The notes: generated by a model from the sequence alone, not told the origin. Shown: positions 24,961 through 38,385, counted from the stretch's first letter. The stretch: 64,000 nt of DNA from Octopus sinensis (GCF_006345805.1 NC_043004.1:34658001-34722000); one strand, 5' to 3'. Numbers and translations are program-made.

Positions 24961-27900
24961 TTTATTTATTTCACGATGATGTTTCTCAGGCTTAGGTAGC
25001 CCTGCTGCATGAGGTTTCATTACAGTATCCATCTTACAAAAGTGAGAGACAAATATTCTCCAGTGGAAGAAACTGTAAAAATTTATTGATTTTACAACAG
25101 CAAACCAACAATGCAATATTTGATTTCACAATGTTAACAAAGTCTGTTGTGGTACCTAATATTAGTTAAGTGGACTGAGTTACTGAGTTCTGAATATGTC
25201 GGCTATTGACATATCACAGTACCATCAAGAAGATGGGAACCTACAGCCATTAGCTTAGTTTTCCTGTATGAAGTTAACCTCTCTCACCATGATGTTTATG
25301 TCACTGAGTATGTCATTAATTTCTTTGATGAAATTTGGAAATTTATTTTCACAAGACAAGAATTTAGCTTTATGAACACAGCCATATCACCTAACAGCTA
25401 CATCTCCCACAACCATCACACCTTCTAACTAAGACAAATCAATTATCGAACCTTTAAGATACCAAAATACTATCAATAATTAAGCAGTATATACCAGTAT
25501 CACCCAAAAACTCATTGGTCTACACCAATAGTTGGCACTAACGAAACATTAGTTTCTCAGAGAAACAAAACTTTTGTTAAGTCTCATTGCAAAGTTGATA
25601 AATGGCTGGCATTTGCAACCATTATTAAGAAAAATAATTAAGTCCCTATCACTGGTAAGTTTCTAATTACACTGCCAGTGCAATTACTGCAGTCTGCTGT
25701 GATAATCTAGCCACTCATTCAATTAATGTCGCTATTACATTGGAAACATCATAGATTAGACGAGAAAAACACTATAAATCATGTTTGATGTGATAAGAAA
25801 CCTAATTTAACAAATTTCTCAACTGTTACTATAGTTTCAAATCCAGCTTTTATTTGAAATTCAAATGTTACAATTTGAATTCATAACAGACAGAAGAATT
25901 TTACAGTGCTGAGTTTGGTAATGTTACATTTATTACATGGTGTTTGGGTCAAGGCAAACCAAGTCTATCATTCTTTGAAGATCACTGCTAACCAACAATA
26001 AACTAAATAGAAGTTAATTAGAATTAGATGTCAGTTACTTACCATTACTTCAAGAGGGAAGTTAATTAAAGAGAGAATTTTGATATAAGTTGGATAGCAT
26101 CACCTTGGTAATTGAACTCTGTTTTAATATTGAACGGAAAGTAAACAATGTAGGATGATATCCCATAGAAGCAGTGGTGTGAGTTCCATAGAGTTATAGG
26201 TTCAATTCTCAGTTGAACTGTATCATTTAACTTACTCTTCAAATTTAACTAGATCAATAAATTTAATGCAGAATATCAAATATTTAATTAGAATAATTAA
26301 TGTCATGATGAAAGAACATTAGCTCATTGGTAAGAGAAACTCTCGGTGTGTTTCTCTTTTATTAGATCTCTTCAATAAAACATAGACTTTATCAGAACTG
26401 ACCAAGTGGAAATGAGCAAATCACTAAGTAAGATTATATCATTATATCTCAAAGAAGCATGATAATTAGCATAATTAGGGGAAAACAAACAAACCTAATG
26501 CTGAGGTTAATTACTCAGAAATGCCATCTGCATTGGAAAGTGACAGTTAAGTAGGGATGATGTCATTTAAAGTAAAGCATCAATAATTTCATTGGAAATA
26601 CAAATGTGAGGAAAAGATGAGAACAGTAGCTAAGTGACATGTTTCAATCTCATTAGACCTCCTCAGCAAAACATAGACTTCAAAGCTTAGAAAGGGATAA
26701 GTTCAAGGAGTTGGACTAACTCTTGGCACACTACCCGGAATCAAAGTATTTAGTTTGAAACAAACACAATATAAACAGCAGCATACATCTTTATAAAATC
26801 ACTGGCTTTTGTTTGATATACACTACTTGAAGTTAGAAGCTGACGTCTTCAATGGTGCATATGTTACAATCTGGAACTTCAAACATTGTAATGACAAGAA
26901 TAAATGAAAAAGATTGTAGATTTTGAGAACAAAAATGATCTTTCTACTCTGAAAAAGCAGCTTTGAGGGAAAATATTTTTTCATCTTAGGTGCAGAAACA
27001 GAGAAACGAGTAAAACCTTCCCACAAACAGAACATATTTAAAACTGATTGCATAACCTTCTACCTCCATCCTTTTACCAACATCCTTAATATGTCTGCAA
27101 CTCTTCATCAAGCTAACCACTTTATCCAATCCTTCGTTCTCGTAACTTCATACTTTTAATTCTTAGATGCATTTACACAGTCTCTCGCCTTCTCATAATT
27201 TTATTCCTATTACAGCCTTCAACACTTCTAATTAAACATTACTCATAACGACTATATAATTACCATTCTCTCTTTAGTACAAAGAACATGAAATGGCAGA
27301 GAGTATTGCCTGTTCTCCTAAAACTATCCACTAAAAGAAATTAAAGTCAGCTTTGCAACAGAGGGAGTCTTTGTTAAGCCACAAATCATCCTGATGTCTA
27401 TTAACACTTTCAAGCTTTCATTTAAATAAATAATTTCCTTCCCATCCCATAATTTTTTCCCCTCAAATATTTTAATGACACCTTTAAAATATTTTCAAGT
27501 CTGTCCAAAGTCTCCTTGATCTGAATTTCAGAGATGTTCATGTGTGGCAAGCCATTGAGTTTGAGATTATGAATTGAAAATAAACCATTGCAGCATGAAA
27601 AACACTTATTAACTATTCAAAACCACACAGAAATTGTTAACTGTAATTAAACGTTCGTTAATTGCTGTCAAAATCTTCATCATATCAATTGCAACCAGGT
27701 CATTGACATGGTCCGTCTCTACAGCTAGTTTGAAGTGAGGCTATTGGTCAGTTTATATATATTGACCAGCAATAACATCTAGAACAACTGATTTACATAG
27801 AAGGATAAACCTCTGAAACCGATGTATGCTGACCAAAAACCTCACCTCAAACCAGTCGCAAAAGAGTCAGTGGCAAGGTTGCAGTTAGTGTGAAGAAAAT

Positions 27901-29554
27901 GTTGACACCAAATAATAAATGTTTAAGTGAAGTTAACAGGTTTTGTGCATTTCTGAATGACTAACCACACTTTGTCCTCCATGCTGCTATTGTCTTTAAT
28001 CAGACCTCACATAACGCAATTTAATCAAACTGAAGCAAAAATACATTTCTCACCAAAGAACACAAAAAAAATCAGCTTGCTATCATGGTAACATAAAATC
28101 TCTTCTATTCTCCATAAATTGGTGAGTTTCCTAACTCATTAGATTATAGATTAACGAATAATGATTGCTTCTACATGTGTTGAGTTTAGTATAAATGAGT
28201 ATGGCGAAGACTCATTACCTCTAAGCACCATGAGGTGTTGAACCAAAAGCTGAAAAAGAGTTAACAAGGCAAACACACTCCTTGCTTTTACAATGTCTGT
28301 GAACTAAACCACCAAACAGTATCTGCAGAGTTGTTGATACAATTAGCAGCACATAAAGCGTATAAGTGATGGAGGAGGCTGCAGAATTAATGGTAATATA
28401 TAAACATACAAACTTTGGTTAGTAGTACAGCACCCTATTAACCATGCTTTTTGTGACTTGTCATTGCGTCTATTTGTTTTTATATTAATTGAAACGGTTC
28501 TTTAACTCGGTTAAATCTGTCTTTGGAGAATACCAGTTTCTTTATGTGGAAACTAGACTCAGCTAGGTTTTTTCATATGCCATGGAAATAATTTAACTGG
28601 AAAAGTAGTGACAATATAATTATGGATGTGGTAGGAATCAATCAATATGTTTATCAGGTAAGCAAGTAATACTTGCACACATTATCTAACCACATTCCAT
28701 TCTTAAACTTTTTCTAGTTCCCTGTACAGTTATGAATGTTTAAACAACATTAAAGGAATATGCCAAATTATGAAAGTACATTTGTTTGCTAACAAAGGAA
28801 AGAAAGTGAACATAAACTAAATAAATAAATAAATGCAACATTTTGAAGCAGTGGCTAGCGTTTGATGTAAGAAACAGTTTGGTTTGGTAGCAAAACATAC
28901 AAACTTCAGCTATAAACAATTTTACTGTGAAAGGTAATGGCAAAGCTTCAGAATGCTAAGATTTTTCTCAGAGATAATTTTTTTTTTTTTTAACGTAAGC
29001 ACAGCAAAGAAACATATCATAAAGAAAAGCACCAGTGACACTTTTGAAAGGAAAACTTCAACAAAATAAAAATATCCAGAATTTTCCCGTGACTAACGTG
29101 CATTGATTTTTTTTTTTTTTTTTTTTACATATCAGAGTAATGTTTAAGGAAAGGAATTACTTTGCTATTTTGTTTTGTCATTTTATTTATTTTGCTTTTT
29201 TTTCTCTGATTCTCAAGAATTATATAAATATTTTTTTTAGTAAGTCTTTAGTAAGTCTTTTTGTGAAAAAAACAAAAAAATTCTCTAAAGTAATATATGG
29301 GTTAAAGAGCACTTCTTTAAAATGAGGCTTATCATAGATGGCTGAAAGGCAGCGCTGCATATTTCGGTAACAAAAATAGTATTTTAAAACATTATATTTT
29401 ATTTGGAGCTGCAAGTCAAAGTTCACTATTTCTGTTTTCTGACTAAACTCAACCAATATAATAACAACATTTTAAACTTAAGAACATCTCATAAGTCTTT
29501 AGAAGGTAATAAGTTAACCAAAAATAACTGTAGGCAGCTGTGTGTATACCTGTC

Positions 29555-29589
<35 letters not shown>

Positions 29590-29924
29590 TCATGGGGAAT
29601 ATCTAGAAATAGTAAGCATTAATTTGAATGAACTCTTTGTAAGATATTTATAGTCATAGAGCAGAAATGCAGTTAAAAAGAGAGAGAGAGAGAGAGAGAA
29701 ATTTCTGTCAGCAAAACACATTGACCAAAGATAAACAGAGTTCAGAATGATTTATACTGAGGCAAGCGACCGACCGTTGAAATAATAACTGGTGGTGAGA
29801 AGAACACACAGGGACACCTTATGCAAAAAAAAAAAGCAACACAGAAACTGTCCAGTTTCTCCCCATTACTCTTTTAAGTTGTCATCATTTGTCAGCATCT
29901 AGCAGTGTTCATACACTAAAACTC

Positions 29925-30425
29925 GAATAGGTGGAGAAAGTTCAGAGAGCTCCTACCTCTGTTGGCAACAAAAGGACTTTCCTCTCTCTCTCAGAGTGAA
30001 AGGTAGACTGTATGATGCTTGTGTATGAACAGCTATACTCCATGGTAGTGTAACATGGGCTCTGAATGCAGAGGGCATGCACAGACTAGAGAGAAATGAA
30101 GGCAGTATACTCTGTTGGATGTGCAGTGTCAATGTACATGAATGACAAAGAGCAAATGTGTTGGGAGAAGAGATGGACATAAGAGGAATCAAATGCAGCA
30201 TGCAAGAGAGGAGACTATGTTGGTTTGGACAGGTGATGCGTATGACTGAAGACAGCTGTTTAAAGAAGTGCTGGTCACTGAAAGTGGATGGCACCTGTGG
30301 AATAGGGAAACCCAGGAAGATGTGGGATGAAGTGATGCGGACCGATCTCAGGATGTAGGGACTCACATAGGAAATGATACTGATCTGAGATGGCTGGTGA
30401 TATGAGGATCTGGAAAAGACCCACC
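29925..30425 (+). pseudogene. RTE-clade LINE, C-terminal ORF fragment
   Basis: WRKFRELLPLLATKG / SLRVKGRLYDACV*TAILHGSVTWAL...LERNEGSILCWMC / QERRLCWFGQVMRM...CLKKC...VDGTCGIGKPRKMWDEV, typical of the RTE post-RT domain (LRWFGHVxRM, GRPxKxW). Confidence 0.9.
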
Positions 30426-30833
30426 CATGTTAGCAAACCTGAGTTCTAGGAGCGTTGTGTCCCACAATAAAACTCTCCCACACCCCTACCCCGACAAACC
30501 AAACTACATCCCTTCCCCTTCCCTTCCCAAAGTACTTCTCTTCTCTTCTTCACATTTCTCCTTCATACACTATGATTATCTCTCACTCCTCAATCCAGTC
30601 CTCACTAACCTACTCACTGCATCACTGCTCCCCCATCATCTCCTCCTCTATATACCCCACATTCTCTCCAGGCATTGCATTCCCCCACTCCCCACTCACG
30701 ACACCTTGACAGTACCCTGCCAGTAGCTTCCTCAATTCATCTCCCTCTTCTTTACTCTACCATCCCATCTATGCTGCCTTAATCCCTGTTCCTGGCACTT
30801 GCTGCCATCCTGCCCCTGCTCCTGCGGTCTCCT

Positions 30834-30865
<32 letters not shown>

Positions 30866-31018
30866 CCTTGCTCTCTCCTCTGGATGAGTAACCATGTATC
30901 TCCTTCACAGCAGTACACCTCTTCTTAACTCCCACTCTCTCTCTAGGTAACTGTTTCTGCCCTTATTCTTGTTAACTCTTGCTCTCTTTCTCTCCCTCTC
31001 TTCCTCTCTCTGTCTCTG

Positions 31019-31057
<39 letters not shown>

Positions 31058-31478
31058 CCAGGTAACTATGGGTCTCATCTAAGCTTCCATCATCTGACAC
31101 AAGATCCTTCCTCCAATGCCCCCTCCCTTCTCAAGGACTCCTTGTTTTGCAGAGCCACTTGCTGACCCTTCCAGCGCTGGTGCCGATTAAAAAGCATCCA
31201 GTCCCCACTGTAAAGTGGTTGGCATTTGGAAGGGCCCTCAGCTGTAAAAACCACACCAAAACTGACCTTGCCTGTGCGAGTGCCACATAAAAATCCCTCA
31301 GCTCATTCTATGGAGTGGTCGGGTTTGGAAGTGTATCCAGTTGTAAAAGCCATGCCAAAACACACTCAGAAGCATGGCATAGGCCCTAGCCTGGCCAGTT
31401 CCTGTCAAACCGTCCAACCCATACCAGCATGGAAGGAGGATGCTAAATGATGATGATGCTGATGAGGATGGTGATGAT
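29925..31478 (+). mobile_element. 5'-truncated RTE LINE including its pyrimidine-rich 3' UTR and (GAT)n tail
   Basis: The ORF remnant continues into a C/T-rich UTR and ends ccaacccataccagcatggaaggaggatgctaaatgatgatgat, the tail shared with family D. Confidence 0.8.
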
Positions 31479-32123
31479 TCCTACATGGTAACAGAAAACA
31501 TTAGAATGAAATAATATAAATATGCTGCCACAAGATAATGTAATGCATGACAAATGATCATGTCAAATGGCACTCAATGCTTTAGCTCGTTAATGTTAAT
31601 TTATGCTCTTAAATAGATGAGTAATCATTATCCCCTGAAAAAGATAATTTAGAGTAACTGCTCCAAAGAGCTATTAGTTATCCTAAACGTTTGTGAATTA
31701 TCCAAATACATAAAGAAAAGCCTGCGATGGATTTGAACACCGAATCTATAAGATGGCAGCCTATTATTATTCCCATTTAGAATATAATTATGAAAGTAAT
31801 AACAGATATAGTCATTATATGGAATAAATAACTGCTAGCTGTTAATATCTGCTGGCAGTTAGCAAAGGAAACCTAAATTTATTTTGAAAAAAAAAACAAC
31901 AGTTAAATAATTTCAAACCACCATAGCTTTCATAAAAATGAAGAAATCATAACCTTCCTCATCATTGCTGGCATCATCATCATCATCGTCATCATCATAA
32001 AAAGCTACACCACAATGTGTCGTGTGTGTATTTATCGAACATGACACAAAATTGTTATGATTTTTAGCTGATAACTTGGATCTCATGAAACTATTGGGGC
32101 TACACTGTAATTATATATAATTA

Positions 32124-32445
32124 CCTTGGCAAATGTCTTCTACTATAGCCTCGTGAGTGGATTTGGTAGTGGATTTGGTAGACGGAAACTGAAAGAAGCC
32201 CATCGTATATATGTATATATATATGTGTATGTGTGTCTGTGTGTCTGTGTTTGTCCTCCCAACATAGCTTGACAACCTATGCTGGTGTGTTTACATCCCT
32301 GTAACTTAGCGGTTTGGCAAAAGAGACTGATAGAATAAGTACTAGGCTTACAAAGGATAAGTCCTGGGGTTGATTTGCTCAACTAAAGGCGGTGCTCTAG
32401 CATGGCCACAGTCAAATGACTGAAACAAGTAAAAGAGTAAAAGTG
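32124..32445 (+). mobile_element. Family-B SINE, 5'-truncated
   Basis: ccttggcaaatgtcttctactatagcc...gactgaaacaagtaaaagagtaaaag. Confidence 0.9.
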
Positions 32446-33607
32446 AGAAATATATAGATACATATATACACGCACACATATATGGACAACAGACATTAAA
32501 TGATGATGGCGATGACGATGATGATGTATATATATTTATATGTGTGAGTAAAAAATTGCAGAGAAGGAAGAGTATATACACCTGTGCCTCTCTTCCAGTC
32601 ATAAAAATTTATTAGATTTCATTTAATTACACGACATACCTTAAGGTTATTGTCAACTCACTGAAATGTTCAGATGCACAATTTGGAAAGAAGACATTGA
32701 ATTAATTTGTTTCCATGTCTCTGTAAATGTAAATCTGACAAATATGAAACCGTTAACATAACAGCTGGAATATATTCAACCATTAAGTGAAACTGTGTAA
32801 ATATTTTTGAATATATATACTGAAGGAAGTATACAGTTCTATGGAAATGCTTGCAGTTTCAATTCAAGGCACACAAATTTCAATGGAAAGTAATGGGTTT
32901 GAACCCTCAGATGTGATGTTCCCTTTATAGTTAGTAGCAAGTTGGTTGAGGAATTTAAAACAGGCTGTTCATATTTACCTTTAACATAGTATTAACTGAA
33001 ATCATTAAATCAATCGTTGTTGAAGCATTTTGTTTTAGCTAAAATATATGATCAGAATATTAATTAGCAGTTAAGTGCTGCAGCTTTTATATTCTGCCCA
33101 TGGTGATCAATATAAATTTGGGCATCTTAATGTATGTGTGTGTGTGAGCATGTGTGTATATGTGTGTGTGTGTTGAAGAGAGAGAGAGAAAGATGAGGTC
33201 ATTCTGTCTGTCTAGGATCTGTGAACGCTGAAGAGCTGCTAAATATATTACAAGTTGTATGTGAATCATTTCAAACTACAAGTAATGTATTTTATTTACA
33301 TATATTACTTGCATTTAACATGGAAAAATATCTACTTGTTAATGTCTTGTTGTGCCATTACTGAAGGCTCATAGAATTCACCCTTCTCAAGGCTTTCAAC
33401 AAGAAATGAATAGAAAAAAAAAAGCACAATATAAACTGCAGATGCAAGTTTTAAGAGAAATATGTTTTTGGCATCAGCCATCATGCAATATGTAGGATAT
33501 GGCATGTATAATACACAACCTATATAACATATGCATGCGAAACAAAATACAATGCACAGCATATATGTCAAGAATATGTGCTAACTGTAATATATATAAT
33601 ATTTCAT

Positions 33608-33642
<35 letters not shown>

Positions 33643-33729
33643 AAATATATATATCTGTGTGTGTGTATATATATATGCAAATGTATATACATGCATGTAC
33701 ACACAGAAAAACACACACGCACATATAAG

Positions 33730-33910
33730 TGTGGCCATGGCTGGCTATAGACACAGGTAGTGATGTTAAGAAGCCTGCTTTGCCACAATATGGTCTCAGG
33801 TTCAATCTCACTGAACAACACTTTGGGCAAGTGTCTTCTACTAGAGCATCAGGTTGATAAATGCCTTATAAGAGAAATTGATAGACAGAAATTGTGCAGA
33901 AGCCTGCTAT
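33730..33910 (+). mobile_element. Family-B SINE 5' half, decayed
   Basis: ggttcaatctcactgaacaacactttgggcaagtgtcttctactag...agaagcc. Confidence 0.7.
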
Positions 33911-34119
33911 ATATATATATATATATATTTGAAGACTCATATTCTCATTGAATTCTCGGAGGATTAGATAGACAACTGATTAAGGGTCCTTTCTCTGTGT
34001 TTATTTGTCCTGTTTCCCATTTTTTCCTCGTTGTTTACATATTTCACTCATTTTACCCTTGCTTGTTTATGTATTTAACATTATTTGCCCTGTTGATGAC
34101 ATCCTGTACCCATATAAGC

Positions 34120-34162
<43 letters not shown>

Positions 34163-34165
<3 letters not shown>

Positions 34166-34490
34166 GGGCTTGGTGGTCTGAAATAATGGGGTTGTTTAGA
34201 TAAACACCTCCAGTTCCCCTTGCTAACACACTTAGCTCCCCACAAAATCATTCCGTTTTTAAGCTCCATCGTATCAACCCCTGAAATGTATAATTCTCCC
34301 CTGAAGATGGAGGCGGTGTTATCTGATAACGGATCCAAATAACTACCATTATTCGGGACTACCAAGACCCCAGAAACAGCTGTTGGACTCGTAAAACTTT
34401 ACCGATTTAACTCCTGATATCATTTATATTCTGTAATTCAGACTATTTTATCTCCATACACATGTACATTATTTCTATTAAATGTATCTA
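34163..34490 (+). mobile_element. Probable Penelope-like terminal fragment with a decayed long-stem-II hammerhead (34298-34387)
   Basis: ccc-CTGAAGA-tgg...(about 60 nt)...cca-GAAA-C-AGCT-GTT-gg, with palindromic CAGCTG. Begins directly after (TA)n. Confidence 0.45.
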
Positions 34491-34499
34491 ATAGAGCAA

Positions 34500-34885
34500 C
34501 AAGCTGGCCTTCGTGCCGATGGTACATTAAGCACACCATTCGAGCGTGATCGTTACCGCATCACCTTACTAGCACTTGTGCTGGTGGCATGTGAAATATT
34601 CGAGTTAGGTTGTCTCCAGTGCCGCTGGACTGGCTCCTGTGCAGGTGGCACGTAAATGTACCATTTGGGCATGCCTTTGCCAGTACCACCAAACTGGCCC
34701 TTGTGCCAGTGGCATGTAAAAGCACCCACTACACTCTCGGGGTGGTTGGCGTTAGGAAGGCCACCCAGCTGTAGAAACTCAGCCAGATCAAATTGGAGTC
34801 TTGTTTGCCAGACTTCAGTTAAATCGTCCAACCCAAGCTAACATGGAAACATGGAAAGCGGACGTTAAATGATGATGATGATGAT
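34500..34885 (+). mobile_element. Family-D retroposon, long form with internal tandem subunits
   Basis: Repeated gtgc(c/t)ggtggcacgtaaaagcac-like subunits followed by the family-D tail. Homologous to 55215-55768 and 63023-63366. Confidence 0.88.
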
Positions 34886-35804
34886 TCTGTGTAAATCGAC
34901 TTACCTAAATTGCATCTCAATACATTTACTCATGTGTGTGTGTGTGTGTGTTTGTGTGTGTGAGTGTGTGTGTGTATGTGTGTGTGTGTGTGTGTGAGTG
35001 TATAAAAACAAAAGGAACTAAAATAAAGCCAGTAACTGTAGCAGATATCTTTTGTTTACTGATTACACAGGCAACAATTTAGACGAGGGAGGAAGACTGC
35101 ATTGTCTTCTTCTCTCTCAAATTTAATACAAATGCCTTCGCTTGCCTACACTGTATACATTTCCTCCTGAATCAGCTCATCTGCTTCATCCAAATTCATG
35201 CACAATTTAACAGGAGAGAGAAATAGGCTGCTTTTCTTAATGACTTATATTTAGATAACTCATCTTGGTTTAATATATAGACTATAATTAACCTCGTGTA
35301 TGTGAATAAATTGCAAAATTTAACAATTAAGATTTTATTATAAACAACATTGAATATAATATGCAGTATATCACCACCACCACCACCACCACCACCTCCA
35401 CCACGATCGCCACCATTATCATTATTGTTGTCATCATCACCCTCAACATCAGCAGTAGCAGAACCATTAAAACCCTCCTCTACCATTACCACCACACCAA
35501 CTCACCATCACTTCACGTCTGCTTTAAATGTTAGCATTGGTTTGATGGTTAAACAGTGTACAATCAGTCAATGGATCGTATTTTATTCTAGCTCCTCAGT
35601 TTTGGCATGGTTTCTACAGCTGGATGCCCTTCCTAATGCCATCTTCTCTATGGAGGGCACCAAGTGGTTTTATTGTGGCCCCATCTCTATTGCACACACA
35701 CACACACACACAACTGTGACTCTGCTGGGGCAGCACTGTGAATTTTAGTTGAACAAATTGGTCACAACAGTTACTATATTCTTCTGCTTGGTATCTATTC
35801 TCTT

Positions 35805-36019
35805 AAGGTGGTGAGCTGACAGAAACGTTAGCATGCCAGGCGAAATGCTGAGTGGTGTTTCATCTGCCGCTACGTTCTGAGTTCAAATTCCGTTGAGGTC
35901 GACTTTGCCTTTCATCCTATCGGGGTCGATAAATTAAGTACCATATAATCGACTTAATCCGTTTGTATGTCCTTGTTTGTGCCCTTTGTGTTTAGACCCT
36001 TGTGGGTAGTAAAGAAATA
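35805..36019 (+). mobile_element. Family-A SINE with 15-bp TSD
   Basis: TSD ggtatctattctctt at 35790-35804 and 36020-36034, with A box, B box and core between. Confidence 0.95.
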
Positions 36020-36962
36020 GGTATCTATTCTCTTTAGTCTCTTTTGCCAAACTGATAACTTGGTTGTCAAGTAATGGTGGAGAACAATTTTCTTCTGACC
36101 TGTGTGAGCATGGAAAAATACATGTTAAAATAATGATAATTGCAATGACGATGAAGATGATAACAAATCTGCTGCTGTTACTGATGCTGCTGTTACTGAT
36201 GCTGCTGCTGCTGATGATGAGGAGGAGGGGAAGGAGGGGGATGGGCTCTGCATGGCTTCACTCACAAGTTAAAAGACAACTCATGGCTACAGTCAAAGAC
36301 ATTTTTATCCCAATTTGCCGCACATTGTGATGAAACCAGAACCTCATGGCTGTGAGGTAAAGTTCTTAAACACTAGCTTTACTTTAAAATCATCCCTGCA
36401 ATCAATTTACAATAATTCTATCAAGATTTCAGTATTATATTCTTCAGTTTCAAATATATTTCAGCCTATTAAATTCAATGTCAATGCAAATATTTCATTT
36501 GGTTTCATAAATGTATCTATTCAAATCTTTTCTTATTGACCTCCTTAACATTTTCAGTGAATTGGATACATTGACTTCATTATACAAAAGATCGCACTTA
36601 AATTTCTCTATTGATAATGTTTATAAACCTATTTCTCTCACAGTTAGGTATCTTGGTGTTGGTTAGTTTGTTGTAACATGTCATCCTTTAGAAATAAAGA
36701 AATCTTATTACTATCCAGTTCATTTTTATTTTCATATTATCATTTGTAAATATTCTACAGAGAATTATTTATATTTATAACAAAAACATTATCCTAAATT
36801 TATTATGCTTATGTAAACCTAAAGCACTGTCTATATCTATACACTTAAATAATAATTCATAAACTCTCCACATTTGTCCACAGAAGTAAACTAATTTTGT
36901 TTTATTATTTTATGAATCTATTTTTTTGTAGTTACCTTTTATTTTCATTTACATTACTACAT

Positions 36963-37123
36963 TCTTGGAGTGGTTGGCATTAGGAAGGGCATCCAGCTGT
37001 AGAAACTTTGCCAGATCAGATTGAGCCTGGTGCAGCCTTCTGGCTCACCAGTCCTCAGTCAAACCGTCCAACCCATGCCAGCATGGAAAACAGACGTTAA
37101 ATGACAACGATGATGATGATGAT
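36963..37123 (+). mobile_element. Family-D retroposon
   Basis: ggagtggttggcattaggaagggcatccagctgtagaaac...gttaaatgacaacgatgatgat. Confidence 0.9.
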
Positions 37124-37346
37124 TTTTTTTTATTTACATTATAAATTCTATACTGTGTTTATGTCTGTTTTAGAATAGATTAACGATCAATCTCTGTTTC
37201 ATAGCAGGTGGCTAAAAGGGATTAGTGGAAAAAGATGGGCATTCAGCCATTAAACATTGCGTTAAAAAATGAGTGCCAGGAAGAGAACAATATGAAAGCC
37301 ATGGATCCTATTTGACTAATCCCAGCTTTAGCAGAGAAAATGGATT

Positions 37347-37565
37347 TATTCCTTCAGCATTCAGATTTCTCTGTCAAATGTAATGCTTATTTATTCATAT
37401 TGTTTTGAATTAATCATGCATTATCTTCTAGAAAAAAGATTACCATTGTATAGCTGTTTATTTTTAGAATGGCATTGTAGGGAAAATGTGAGAGGCTAGA
37501 TCTGGCCAGTTTAGAGTATAAAAAATTTGGACCAAATATGGCCAGATTAAATGCTAAAGAGTTAA
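37347..37565. mobile_element. Old piggyBac-like MITE
   Basis: ccttcagcatt...aatgctaaagagTTAA imperfect TIRs. Homologous to 7781-7998. Confidence 0.55.
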
Positions 37566-38006
37566 AACATTTGTCATTGGTATTTAGTACTATTTTCTAG
37601 TTATTTATAGCCAGTGACATAGTCAGGTGGCCAAGGAATTTGTATCCACAAGGTACTTGGTTCAATCTTACTGTGTGGCTTGTAAGGTGCTTTTCCTTTG
37701 AACCCTTATATAAGCCAATGCCTTTTGAGTGGGACCTGGTTGATAAAAACCATGTTATATCATCATCATCATCATTATTTTCATTTTTGCTCTACAAGAT
37801 GTCATGGATTGCACAAGACTTCTTAAGACTTATTCTGCAGCTAGATGACTTTCTTCAAACCAACCTTACTTTTTAAAGTAAGTTTGTCTACTGCCCATCT
37901 CTTATGCCAAATTGCTCTTTATGGGAGACACAAACACACCACAGCTGCTGAAATAGCAGGAAGACATCAGGAGATGATTATACACATACATTATATATAC
38001 ATATAT

Positions 38007-38385
38007 ATCATCATCATCATCATCATCATTCAACATTCATTTTCCATGCTGGCATGGGTTGGACAGTTTGACAGGATTTGGCAAGCCAGAGAGCTGCACC
38101 AGGCTCCAGTTGTCTGTTTGGCATGATCTTCTTTGACTGGATGCCCTTCCTAGTACCCACTACTTTACAGAGTATATTTGGCGCTTTTTACATGGCACCA
38201 GCACAAGTATTTTTTTACATGATAACAAAGCCAGCAATGGCACCAAGTAACTTGTAAGACAAAGACCTCTTAGTTGAGAGAGATTGAGAGTGGAACCAAG
38301 AGAAATGGCTGTGTGCCAGGTAAGAGTGTCATAAAGAGACAGAGATAGTTGTCTTACTATAGAGGAGATACTTGGCTAATCCAGT
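38007..38385 (-). mobile_element. Family-D/RTE 3' UTR remnant
   Basis: (CAT)n-tcaacattcattttccatgctggcatgggttggac...ggatgcccttcc, followed by RTE-UTR-like sequence. Confidence 0.8.

Noticed and set aside
26823-27053. 76-aa minus-strand ORF in the repeat-poor interval
   Set aside because: No recognisable domain, composition typical of AT-rich non-coding DNA, and no convincing splice sites.
34500-34730. Regularly spaced ~25-bp motifs with variable spacers (also 55380-55610 and 63175-63360), superficially CRISPR-like
   Set aside because: Eukaryotic context with no cas genes. The 'spacers' are shared among dispersed copies, so these are internal subunits of the family-D retroposon.
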